Part shown: piece by piece, positions 1-13,093 of the stretch
How the letters are laid out: each line of letters begins with the position of its first letter
Position numbering within the stretch: the stretch's first letter is position 1
NCBI RefSeq assembly: GCF_006345805.1
Contig: NC_042997.1
Span: 121,148,001 to 121,212,000, forward strand
Source of the DNA: Octopus sinensis
Taxonomy: Eukaryota
Direction: 5' to 3'
DNA length: 64,000 nt
Made by a program: the position numbers and the translations under genes
Notes under the pieces: generated by a model
What the model saw: only the letters and a program-made list of their open reading frames with translations
What the model was told of the DNA's origin: nothing
The model's database searches: none

Positions 1-218
1 TCAGCATCAACAACAGGGTATTTGTGTTTGTATGTATATATGTATATATGCATGTATGTATGTATATATGTATGAATATGTGCAGCTTTGTATGTTTTGC
101 TTTATGTGTGTATCCTCATGCATGTAGTTGCATATCTAGACATGAGCATATATATTTTGTATATATGTATGCGCATATATATTTTGTATATGTATGTATA
201 GATATATTTTGTATATGC

Positions 219-270
<52 letters not shown>

Positions 271-344
271 GAGAGATTAGAATGACAAGGACTACATAGA
301 TAGATATATAGATAGATAATTAGATAGATAAATAGACAGACAGA

Positions 345-452
<108 letters not shown>

Positions 453-921
453 AACATGGTATAACTGAATGACTACACCCAAGATGTTGCACATTTTTTT
501 TCTCCATTAATTTCTAAATGACCTTTTACCTGCCATTCCAAAATATCACGGTTATTTCCGACAGCTCCATACATTGAAGGTTCAAATCCAGCTGAATTTA
601 GTCCTTGCCTTACTTCCACCGGTTGTAAATAAATCAAAAATTCCAGTCAACTAACTGGAATTGCCTCAACCCAATAACCAATTCCTCTAATACTGCTGTA
701 CTTGTATGCTTAAATACGAAACAACTGCATCGTCCATCCGCTCTCCCTCTTCTATTTCTCAACACAAATTGCTTTACATTCATGTTTGCTTTCCTTTCAA
801 ATTTCATCTTTCTAATACCAACCAATCTTTACTGATATAGATTCTCTAAAATCTCATGCCATGTCGCCTCCCCTTATTCTCTCGCACATTGTATTTACAT
901 GCAATATTGTGTATGTATATA

Positions 922-964
<43 letters not shown>

Positions 965-966
<2 letters not shown>

Positions 967-1196
967 GAGTAAACACATAAATGTGAAACAAGGTGGAAAA
1001 AAGAGTACTCAAATACCAGTGGTAGAGTAATATGCTTTATTTTAAGCAGCAGAAAATTCAACAAAATCTGTTACTCTGAGTTTCTCGTTGCCGTTCATCA
1101 GACAGTTTTTGCTAGAAAAAACTGTCTGATGAACGGCAACGAGAACTCAGAGTAACAGATTTTGTTGAATTTTCTGCTGCTTAAAATAAAGTATAT
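965..1196. repeat. Fold-back element, ~76-bp arms (1035-1110 / 1117-1191), one bulge, plus a one-sided extension
   Basis: Direct base-by-base comparison; decayed relative at 61985-62140. Confidence 0.95.
1063..1110 (-). ncRNA. Minimal type I hammerhead-ribozyme motif (mirror copy on plus strand at 1117-1163 has GAAC instead of GAAAC)
   Basis: CUGU-CUGAUGA-ACG GCAA CGA-GAAAC-UCAGA-GUA^ACAG: stem I CUGU/ACAG, core intact, A.A at the base of stem II. Confidence 0.7.
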
Positions 1197-2644
1197 ATAT
1201 ATATATATATATGCATATCCATACATATATGTGTGTGTATGTATGTATATTATACATTATACATTATATACATGTATATGTTGCATTATATATATGCATG
1301 TATGTATATGTATCCTTTTGCCTATTGACATCTTTTCCTTTCATTTCTAATATCTACCTACGTCAATTAATGTTATCCCATACGTTTCAACTCAACTGAC
1401 CTTAATTTTAATACAACCTTTAGTTTCCATACCCTTGTCCTTTACTTCTCTCATAATATATATCTGCTTCACTGCTCACATCTTTCCTAATACACACAAA
1501 ATTCCATACACGCTATTTCCCTCCCTCTTTACATCTTCTTATATCCATCTCCATTATCCCATTACTTCCATATTCTTATCAGCAATTTCATGCCTTAGGC
1601 AATAAAATTTGTATATTTTATCTTTCCAAAGAACAACATGTCCGAAAAGATAGATTTTAATTTTGATGACAAATGTATTAACTGAAAGTATTTACGATCT
1701 CTAAAGCCTGCCGCCGCAGCCCCAAACCAATTAATTCAAAGTCCAGTCTTAATCTATTTTTTAATATGTTTACTGTTGTGGAGAAGAGTGAAAGGCAGAA
1801 ACGGTAGAGCAACACATTAAATATCAAGCGTTAATTAATTTCCTCACTTACGCTTTGCGTTCAGATCCCTCAAATATTGATTTTGCAATCGATCGTCAAC
1901 TATTAGAATCGGTTAAATTGACTAGAAATATGCCCATCAACGCATGAATTTATCCCTATATTTCCAGTCGGTAAACCATGCTTCATGATTTAAAAATTAA
2001 ACTTCTAACTACACAAACATTAAACATTTTCTCATAATTCACTCCCATCACATACAGTGTGTTAAATTATTGATTCATATTTCATATCTCTCACAGGTGC
2101 AGCATTGTTAAAGCAAAATAACCATCACAATCGCATGCTAAGTATTACATATTTCTTTCTATTACTTTATGAAGGCTTTAGTTTGATGTAAAGGGTTATT
2201 CTTATAGCTTCTGCAGACCTTCAACGATAATTGAGACACATTTCGCTTGCTATTCCTTTTAACAGCTGCAAATTGATGTTTCGGATTTGTACTTGTATAG
2301 CAACTTGATCTGGGATTCTCTTTTTAAAAAGAAGAAAATGCATCGTAGATGAAGGATTCTAGCCATGCAATAATAAATGAAGCTATGAAGTTCTCTTCAA
2401 ATCTAAATTTCTATCACTGGGGCCAAACATCTGATGTTGCAGGAAATAGATTTAAATTTAAAGTTAATTCAACATGCTTCTTCTTCAATGACTACGATGT
2501 CTTTTCTACGATATTGCTATAAATTGATATTGCAGGAAAAATGAGCAAAGAGGATTTCCTGTGGGTTAATATTCTGGCAAAAAATAGTTTTAAATAGAAA
2601 TACGTATCAACATTTCATTCAACTATGCGTTCCGAGTATAAATG

Positions 2645-2890
2645 ATGCCGAATTCAGAGTCGATAAATAAAGTAACATTTGAGCAAAGGGGTCAATTTTA
2701 TCAATTTACCAAATACCCCAAAATTGCTGGGCTGATACTAAAGCATGAAATAAATATTATTAAGGCGGCCAGCTGGCAGTGTCGTTGCAGCGTTGGAGAA
2801 TACACTTAGCGATAATCCGGTTTTACGCTCAAAGTGAAAATGGTTGACTTTACCTTTTATTATTAGGGATTGATAAGATAAGTACCAGTC
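2645..2890 (+). mobile_element. Two decayed SINE family 1 pieces in tandem
   Basis: GTCGATAAATAAAGTA..CCCCAAAATTGCTGG tail, then GGCGGCCAGCTGGCAG head with CTTAGCG and GATAAGATAAGTACCAG. Confidence 0.5.
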
Positions 2891-4337
2891 AAATAATACA
2901 GTCGTTATTATCAACTAATCCATTCGCATCAAATTGCAAATCCTTTGTGACTAGAGGAGAGAGAACTTTTATGATTATTATTGTTGTTGTTGTTGTTGTT
3001 GTTGTTGTTATTCCTTCATAACACAATGTAGGTAAAAATACACCGGTGACTTTAGTCATCTGCCAAGATATCAATCTTGCATGAGAATTCCAGTTGCCTT
3101 AAGAAGTTTTAAAGTTTCAGTGAGATTGAGCCCAGCGCTCCGATCACCATTGGTACCGCTTTTGGTATCGCTTTTATCATCATCATCATTATCATCATCA
3201 TCATCATCATCCTTATTATTATTAACATTATCGTCATTTTGTTATTAATAGCAATATGTATAATATTGTATTTACATTTGATTAAACACGTATTTGATAC
3301 AAACGCTTATACAGGACAGGGCAGTGAGGACGGACGATTTTGAAATGGCTATTACTCAGCCGCAATGGGAGGAACATATGTCTGACATGTACCATTCGGT
3401 CCGTGATGTCTTAGCATAAATATTATGAATTGCGATATGGTTGGAACTCTAGCAGCATCCTTAGAACGTTAAAATGTTCTGGATTTGTTTCAGCCCTATA
3501 CTTTCTCTGTTCAAATCCAACCTAGATCAGAGTTCTATACATCCTTTCGTAATCAACAAAACATTGTACCAGTAACATATTCGGGTAGGTATAATCGGAT
3601 ATTACTGTCGCCTTTATTTCTAGACTTTTGCATAAATTTGAACGTCATATTAGCGACAGTTGAGATTCCGTATTCAAATCCTGCTGATTTCGGCATTGAT
3701 TTTCATATTTCAGCAACGGTTAGAAATAAAATACCAGTCAAAGACTGAAGCTGAATTGTTCGACTAGACCATTTACACCTTTTCACCAGGTATCAGTGCT
3801 CGAAGTAAATTAATAATGGTCGTAGTCTTGTGAAGAATATATTCACACGTAGTGTAAGTGTTTACTGCGAATGGAATCTACACAATAATTGTGTATATAT
3901 TTCATTTGTCAACAAAATGCCATATGAACTATACAGTCTAAGGTTAATAGCACTATCAGTTTAATAGATTAAGTAATTCTGTACATTTCAGTAGTCTCCA
4001 ATAGTTTGGATTTTGCAAGAGATATTTAAGTTATCAGAAACAAGACGGCAGCTGGAAGCTATGATTTCTGTTGAAATATTTGCATGTATATATAAGTGTG
4101 TGTGTATGTAAGTGTGTGTGTACGTATGCGTGTATATGTATGTGTGTTTGTGTGTATGTGCGTGTGTACGTGCGTGTGCGTTTTATATGGATGGCCGCTG
4201 TCAAATGGGTGAAACGTCAGAATATACTGAGTTATAATCACAGACATGTGCATATCTCTCTCCCTGTATGTATGTTTTTGTATATATATATATACACACA
4301 CACGCACACGCACACATATCTATATATACATATGTAC

Positions 4338-4379
<42 letters not shown>

Positions 4380-4463
4380 AATACAGGCATATAATATAAT
4401 ATGTATGCATATATGTATATACACGCATATATATATATTTATATTTATATAATATATATAATA

Positions 4464-4527
<64 letters not shown>

Positions 4528-4808
4528 GCGAGAGAATGATTGATAGGTAGATAGAAAGATAGACAGACAGATAGATAGATAGAATAATTTGTATAAATAG
4601 CAAAATATGATGGATGTGTAGGGTGATAATAGCTGTCTGAGATTTGAATTCTTACTATAATTCCTAGATGATTTACAAATAGACAATGTAATCACAATTT
4701 GATGGGCCGCATACTTTCGTTCAAATCTGTAGAGCTCCAAATCCGTAATCATTCTCAGATTTATTCATCCTGTCTTTCACTGTCCTCACTTTTGTCTTTC
4801 TCTCTATT

Positions 4809-4876
<68 letters not shown>

Positions 4877-5476
4877 GTCGCTTGTTCTCAATCTCTCTCT
4901 CCTTCGGTTACTCAAATACACAGACTCTCTGAATCAATCCACTCGTTATCAATAAATACTTCCAAAAGCTATTAGGAATATATGAAAGCAAACGGCGGCA
5001 GGTAGCCAATGCACATTACAATGCACGGCAACTTGCACCTGTGAACTTAATTACACATTGAAACGTGCAATATCTGGTAACAGTTGACGTGCATCCAGCA
5101 AGAGTGTCAAAAACGGCTCATTAAGCAATATTTAATCAGCGGATTACTTCAATACAATTGATAGTGAACAACTGCAAGCGCAGCAGCTGCAACTAAGCTG
5201 AAAATGGCTTACTCCAGTAATAATACGAGGACACATCTTACTTAACTGAAAGTGGTTACTGTAACACAATATCATACGCAGCTTCGTTAAACCACATTCA
5301 CACTTCCTCGATCTCTCTATCTCTCCCATTCTGCTTAATATTGTTGCGTATATATATTGATGCGCACATATGAACGCGTGCACGCACACACACGCATATA
5401 TATATATATATATATATATAAATAATATATATATGCATATATCCATCCGTATATGTACTACTTACATCTATACGTA

Positions 5477-5546
<70 letters not shown>

Positions 5547-5720
5547 TAAATTGAATAAGGGTAGAAATTGATATTAATCATTAAAACATGTGGCCTAGCA
5601 TATTAAAGAAATCCGAAGATTAAAATATTTTTACATACAAAATTAAAGGACTGACCACTAAAGGTGGACGGTCAATATGCTAGATATAGACGTCAAAATA
5701 ATATAATATATATATATAAT

Positions 5721-5753
<33 letters not shown>

Positions 5754-5790
5754 TATATATTATATATAATATATATACGTATAGATGTAA

Positions 5791-6165
5791 GTATGTGAGC
5801 ACAGGACGTCATGAAACGCGTACAACAAAATAAAAGAACTACGCGTACATGGAATATGAACTATTTGTACGTACAATGAAAGACATATGGAAAACAAAAC
5901 AGACAACATAAAGAACGACCCTTCATCAGATGCTAGCTGCTTTTCTACTCGAAAATGGACATTGTTAAATGCTTGAAAATGCTTTAAATACGAGTGTAGA
6001 GAAACAGCCAACAACTGATGAAGGATCGTTCTTTATGTTTTCTGTTTTGTTTTCCATTTGTGTCTTTCGTTGCTCGAAAAGAACTAGTTCATATTATATA
6101 TACTCGTACTTCGTTCTTCTTTTTTATTGTGGTACACGTTTCATGACGCCCTGTGCCAACATATG
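5791..6165. repeat. Imperfect fold-back, ~160-bp arms, CTGATGAAGG near the centre reading outward
   Basis: 5791-5950 is reverse-complementary to about 5990-6165. Confidence 0.85.
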
Positions 6166-6230
6166 TATATATATATATATTATATATATATATATATATA
6201 ATATATATTATATATATATATATATATTAT

Positions 6231-6261
<31 letters not shown>

Positions 6262-6355
6262 TGTATATATATATGTATATATATATACGTATGTATGTAC
6301 ATATATGTATGAATATATATCCATATATATACTCACACACACCACACACACACAC

Positions 6356-6418
<63 letters not shown>

Positions 6419-6513
6419 TATATAATACATATATAACATATATTATTTATATTATTAAATGATTGAACACCACGAATTCTCATCCAATTAAATCTAAATA
6501 TCTATAAATGTAT

Positions 6514-6548
<35 letters not shown>

Positions 6549-6549
6549 C

Positions 6550-6980
6550 GAGTTAGAAAACAGAGAGATATAATGGATACAGAATAATTTATTAGTTATT
6601 CAACATATTCCCGAACAATTGTTTCGTTTCGCAAACGAAATTGAAATCAAACACCATATATAAATATATAATTTTGCATTTTAAATACCTTGTGAGGAAA
6701 ATCATCAGGGTGTGCACAGAACAATAAAGATTACATTAAGATACTTTTGGAATGCACAGAATGTAAAAGCATGGGTATTCCAAATGTATGCTAATGTGTT
6801 CCTTAATGCCCGCTGCACACCCTTATGATTTTCTTTACATGTTATTTAAAATGCAAAATTATATATTTATAGATGGTTTGTACTTTTAATTTTGATTGTG
6901 AAATGAAACAGTTGTTGGTGAATATGTTTATTAATTAATGAATTAATCTATATCCATTAGATCTCTCTCTTTTCTAACTC
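6550..6980. repeat. Imperfect fold-back, ~170-bp arms
   Basis: 6550-6720 vs about 6810-6980; ATCATCAGGG (antisense CTGATGA) near the inner end of the left arm. Confidence 0.85.
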
Positions 6981-7172
6981 AATCAAAATGTTTGATACTT
7001 CACGATATTCTATATAATATATTCATTGAAGAATTATCACTTTAAAATGTAATATATGAACCAGTATGTCTTGGATAAATATCCCTACAGAGGTTTGAAC
7101 ATCTTCATTGTGACTACATATACGTACACACAAACACACACACACACACACACATATAAATATATATAATAT

Positions 7173-7223
<51 letters not shown>

Positions 7224-7524
7224 TTACATAAAAACTAAGAGGAATGACCACTAACGTGGACACCTAATATGCTGAACATATTCATACTGCTTGCATTTTT
7301 ATACTTTTTGATCTAGTTATATATTTTATAAAAATATGTATTATTGGGTTTTTTTATGTTTTGGTTTATGTCTATTAGTGTTTCAGTTGCTTAATAGTGG
7401 TTTTATCTCTAATATATATTTCATATATTTATATTGTGAAATTCGATTTAATTCTATATTGAATTTTTCCCTGTAAGTTTGGAGTTATACTCCCTAATAT
7501 TATTATTATGAATGTATATATATC

Positions 7525-7554
<30 letters not shown>

Positions 7555-7559
<5 letters not shown>

Positions 7560-7960
7560 ATAAATTAATAAAAAAATAAACATAGCATATATACATACAT
7601 ATATGTACGTACCTACCTCTACATGTATATATACATGCATATATGGGTACAGGACACCAAAAAAACGTCGAACACAATAGGAAACGAAAACATAAGCACA
7701 GAACCAAGGGAATGGACATTTTTCTTAAACAACGAAAAAATAGAGTACAGGACATACAATACAAGGAAAATTCTCCTTCTTCAGTCGCCTTTGTTTCATC
7801 TACCCCGCGGTTCGAAGGTCGAGGTGAGACATGACTTTATGAAACATTTCTTTCCGCGAAAAGCAAATTAAATAAAATTTGACATTTTTTTGCGGAGGGG
7901 TAAAAATGGTAACAAAAACAGGACAGTAAGGACAGTACAAAATATAAACAGTAAAATACA
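7555..7960 (-). repeat. Interspersed repeat; related copy on plus strand at about 62440-62890
   Basis: Shared CCTTCGAA(A)C..CTGA(A/T)GAAGG..TTCCTTGT..GTCCTGTAC segments. Confidence 0.6.
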
Positions 7961-8002
7961 TATATATATATATATGTATATGTAAATATATGTATATATA
8001 GG

Positions 8003-8078
<76 letters not shown>

Positions 8079-8939
8079 ATATATATAATGTTATATATAT
8101 ATATGTGTGTGTATGTATATACATGTTTATAATTATATATGTAATGTATATTTATAGAGACAGGAAAATGAGCATCTATGCATATACAACTATTTATATG
8201 CGTGTATAGATATGTGTATGTGTTCATATACGTATTTGCTTGTACATATACACGTTTCCTCTCTGTTTCTCTCCTGGCAAAGCGATATATTAATACGATA
8301 GTATAACAAGAATCTTTGTTTTGAAATGCTGTGTTCATGAGAAAATTTGGAATGAATTTGACATTGTGCGAAAGAAACCTAAGCGCGAATTTTGGAAAAA
8401 GCATATTTCATACGGTGCAAATTAAGGAAGCATTGCATATGAATTACGAACACGAAGTTAGAAGGGCCGATTGTACAAATGATTTGTATCAGTTCTTAGA
8501 TTCGGGGCTATTATTATTTGCGAATGTATTTTATTTGAAGCAATGAAAGCTAGACAGAACATATGAAACATTTGAGAAGTTTAAACGCTGTAAAATCAAT
8601 CGTGTCTTCGTTTTAGAAGAGAACACTTTCTCGAGAACCTGTGCACTGAGAATGTTTCAAGTTTATCGATGTTACTATGCGTGCAAAGGGAAACGGAAAA
8701 ATGTGATATTGCTGTGTCTGGATGGTACTTATAATATTTCAAATCAGAACAATAAGATAATATTAAAAATCAAAGTGTATCTCACATCAAAGATTCGTGA
8801 CAAAGAATTGAGGAAATGACCAATGTCTCAGTTCACATGTATTAGAATAGGAAGTCAATGAACGTACTGACTGCTACATGATCGATCTCTTTGCATTTCC
8901 TATGCACGCAAGTAAATGTATTCTTATTATTAATTCATG

Positions 8940-9100
8940 TTTTCGTCTGCCTTGGGTTCTGAGTTCATATTCCGCCGACGTCAGCTTTACCTTGAATCAT
9001 TTCAGGGTCATTAAAGTATGAACCAATTGACCATAATATCAATATAATCGACTTAGGCCCTAATCCAAACCTCTTGGCCTCATGCCAAAATTTGAAGCTA
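8940..9100 (+). mobile_element. Decayed SINE family 1 variant (alternative tail)
   Basis: TTTCGTCTGCC..GAGTTCATATTCCGCC, AATCGACTTA, GCCAAAATTTGAA tail. Confidence 0.6.
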
Positions 9101-9799
9101 TTTTAATATTGTTTCTTTGAACTCTCAATTTCATATTTTTCATTATTACGACAACACGTAATATGATTTTGTCTGAAAAATATCGTGTTTCTATGCAGTG
9201 TCCTATGATTGTACATGTAGTATCAATTGAACATCATAAAAGCCCTGTAATATGTTTAATTTATGTATGGATTCTTTTAGTTTGGAACAGGTCGATTGTC
9301 GAATCCTTGCTTTATATAAACAAATAATCATAGCCGTGTTGTGGGCGCAATTGAAGAATAACTGGTTTCAGCATTTCTCGCCCAGGGCTGTATTAGGTAA
9401 AATAAACCATACGATTCATTGATGCAGCATATATATTCCTATGACAGATCATGCCATCTCTCATATACATATTGACGCAAACATGTGCATATAACCATTC
9501 AAACACATACTGGCATGCATGCACACACTCACGGTTCCCAATCATCTGTCGATGATAATACTACCAATGCTACCATCCGAGGCTTAAGACCCACTAGTAA
9601 GTGCAAAGAGTTAAGACATCTCCATGTTCAAACATATGTAGGTGACACCTCCAAAGGATCCATGACTGTGATACTCTCTCGCTGTGTATAGACATCCCTT
9701 AAAACTTTTCGTCAGTTGATTTCTTTTAGTCGGTGTATTGTTATAGTCGGGTTTTAACACCACTGATTACTGTTGGCGTCAACCAATGCAACCTGGTAC

Positions 9800-10140
9800 A
9801 TTTCCATCTAAGTATGGAATATCATGCCCTCTTTCAGCAAACGCTTTAGCTAGTTATTATATCTCTTTGCCATGGGGTTCCCACTGGTAGCTCTAAATGA
9901 ATTATTGCCTTAGAAGTCAGGCACCGGTGATGCATACATATTCCGCAATTCTTATAATATAAGCTGTGCTTTACATTTGGGTACAAGGCTTTTATTACTG
10001 AGGCTCTTTACTCGTAATAGGGTCAAATCGTTGTTTACACTGTTGTGTTATTCGTTTTCCATATGTGTCGCAGTTTTATTTCAAGTCTCTTAGATATTGT
10101 CCAGGTTTCACAGTTGTAGGTAACAAATGATGTCACCATC
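9800..10140 (-). mobile_element. Decayed RTE-clade LINE C-terminal region
   Basis: TYNCETWTISKRLE (YGSETWT-like) and WEPHGK motifs. Confidence 0.55.
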
Positions 10141-10299
10141 ACCTCTTAAGTAAATAGCGTGAGGTTGGCGAAAATATCCTTATTGACGGTGATACACATT
10201 CAATAGAGTTTTAAGCTGAATTGATTTTCCGCACACATTTTGCTATAGACGCACACACACACACACACACGAACACACACACACACTCCTATATATATA

Positions 10300-10470
10300 G
10301 GGAACGTTAACGAAAAAACAAAAGACGAAGACAGGTGGTGTACAAAACAAACAGATGTATTAGTATAACGCTCAGGAATAGAAAAAGTATTTTACGTTTC
10401 GAGCCTACGCTCTTCTACAGAAAAGGACACAGAAAAAAAATAAGGAGAGAAAAAATATATATTAACTGTT
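10300..10470 (-). mobile_element. Related hammerhead-like repeat (core CUGUAGA); partial copy at 28424-28510
   Basis: UUUU-CUGUAGA-A-GAGC GUAG GCUC-GAAAC-GUA^AAA at 10424-10389. Confidence 0.6.
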
Positions 10471-11171
10471 TTAAATAGTATTTCACGACTGTCATGGTGA
10501 AGGGATTGCAGTGCAATGACACATGATGATGGACAGCGTAGAAGAAAGTTAACGCAGGACATATTGTAGCATAACACTTATGCTGCAAATGTGTACAGCA
10601 GATGTAAATACTGGGCTATAAGGGCAAGGGTTGAATCTTGTACACAACCATTATTTCAGCTGCTGAAATAGGCGCACACGAATAAAATTGTATATATAGA
10701 ATAGCAACAACCAAAAAACATATTTCATATCTCAGACATATATATCCTAGAATTTGGTAGCATCTCTGGTAAGAAGCGCACTTGGAGTAAGTGCCATCAA
10801 AGAATTTCGAAAACTACAAGCAAAACACACTGGACATTGCTTAAACACAAATATTACAGCCTTAATGGCTTGTATTATAATCAAATCAACATTTTCAATT
10901 TCTGCGACAGACATTAATATCCAGTGAGTATATTAATCAATCAAAATATGATAACACATTTACAACATAAATATAATTAGCCATAATTGCCCAAACCATA
11001 TTTCATTGCCATTTTATTTTCAAACCGTCAGGAGAATACGTACTAGCGTCAATGGAGAAAAGTGATGAATGATAATATAAGCTACAAACTATATTATTAT
11101 ATTATAGTTTACTGAAAATTATCAAATATACTATCAAAGATTCCAAGTGGCGTATGCCTGTATATATATAT

Positions 11172-11216
<45 letters not shown>

Positions 11217-11228
11217 TATATGTATACG

Positions 11229-11259
<31 letters not shown>

Positions 11260-11280
11260 ATACATATATATATGTATAAC

Positions 11281-11314
<34 letters not shown>

Positions 11315-11501
11315 GCACATGTATATATATATATGTATCTATATATATATATTTGTATATAAAACTTACTTGGAAGGGGATGCGTGGCGTTGAGGCAATA
11401 AATTATATATATATATATATTATATAATATTATATATATATATTATATATATATATATATATATATGCATATATATATACATATATATAAACACATATAT
11501 A

Positions 11502-11679
11502 TACATTCCTCTGTCTTCACTTCTCTGGATCTTTCCTTCTCCTATGTTTCCGACGAAGAGCTCCGCTCGAAACGTTCAGCTCTCCTTCTTTCGTTCTTTC
11601 CTGAGCGTCCAATAATACTATATTTGTTCCACGTCCTCGCGTTGTTGTGTTTTTTTTTTGTGCTTTCTTGTTTGGATTA

Positions 11680-11680
<1 letters not shown>
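11502..11680 (+). mobile_element. Same hammerhead-bearing repeat family (core CCGACGA, mutated)
   Basis: Reverse complement of 43978-44185. Confidence 0.7.
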
Positions 11681-11750
<70 letters not shown>

Positions 11751-12470
11751 ATTATATATGCATCTATATATACGTATATATATATACCTAGAATTTTAAT
11801 TCTAAGTGGACAATCTTACACAATTCTCTTATGTCCTTTTTGACCAGTTTAACCCCCACCTCTCTTTCCCTCCCTTCCTCTTTTTCTCTACCTCTCTAGG
11901 GGTTTAGGTTCTCTTATTTTATATCAGTCTACATTCTTTTTTATTTGGCTTCTTATGGACAGTCTTGTTGAACATAGTAATCTGTATTAACATACACACA
12001 TCTCATAATCCTTTTACGCATGCATATGAATAGTCAATTTTTATGCGGGTTCATTATTCGCTTGTATGTACTATTTCTGGGAAAGAATTCTAGCCATTCT
12101 TTTTATGTTTTCGACGCTGATATTCTCAAAATACATACGTGCTTTCTGAAATAAACTTGCACATCATGTCAGAAGCTCCAATAAGGCTATAAAATGACGC
12201 TGAAGGACAAAATTCTGAGATCCCTGCGTCTTGTAGCAGAAACAATATTACAGTAATCATGATGCTCACGTAATTCCTTTTCTAATGTCATTCATTTACT
12301 TTCGTATTAACGTTTCTACTCCACTGTTGCCACGTTGTAGTATTTAGTGCATCAAGAAATTCCACAAAAGTTAAATCATAATCATTGAATGTATACCACA
12401 TTTCATGAAAGTAGTCATGGTTGGACAGGTATAGTTCCAATGTTGCCTGATATATGACGTGTAACTTTAT

Positions 12471-12840
12471 ATGTCTCTATACCACCCACAAGGGGATAAA
12501 CACAGATAGGACAAACAAAGACAGACAAAGGGATTAAGTCGATCACATCGACCCCAGTGCGTAACTAGTACTTATTTAATCGACCCCGCAAGGATGAATG
12601 GCAAAATCGACCTCGGCGGAATTTGAAATCAGAACGTAACGGCAGATGAAATACCTATTTCTTTACGACCCACATGGGGCTAAACACCGAGAGGACAAAC
12701 AAGGACAGACAAACAGATTAAGTCGATATCATCGACCCCTAATGCATAACTGGTACTTAATTTATCGACCCTGAAAAGATGAAAAGCAAAGTCGACCTCG
12801 GCGGAATTTGAACTCTGAACGTAACGGCAGACGGAATACG
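12471..12840 (-). mobile_element. tRNA-derived SINE family 1, two tandem body+tail units (3' part of the SINE split by the LINE)
   Basis: B-box GAGTTCAAATTCC, central GGTCGACTTTGC..GTCGATAAATTAAGTACCAG domain, tail ..GTGGGT(C/A)GTAAAGAAAT; second unit restarts at GTATTTCATC (12654-12645). Confidence 0.9.
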
Positions 12841-13093
12841 AATTTCGAATTTCTTTATTGCCCACCGGGGGCCAAACATAGATATGGACAGTACAACTGA
12901 TGGGATCAGTGAATCGATATGATTTTACATAAATGTGACATCAAAAATAAAATACAATACATAAAAATCGAATGGAATACACAGTACAAAAACAATACAA
13001 ATGAAGCGATGATCAAGTTACGCCCCGATCCCACAAGCCCCGATCTACCGCTGATACCTTTTTATTTTTCCTTTTTTTTTTTTCCTCGTCTAT

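Noticed and set aside
4980-5290. Enhancer-like motif cluster (CCAAT, E-boxes, TAAT)
   Set aside because: Short motifs occur by chance and there are no conservation or chromatin data.
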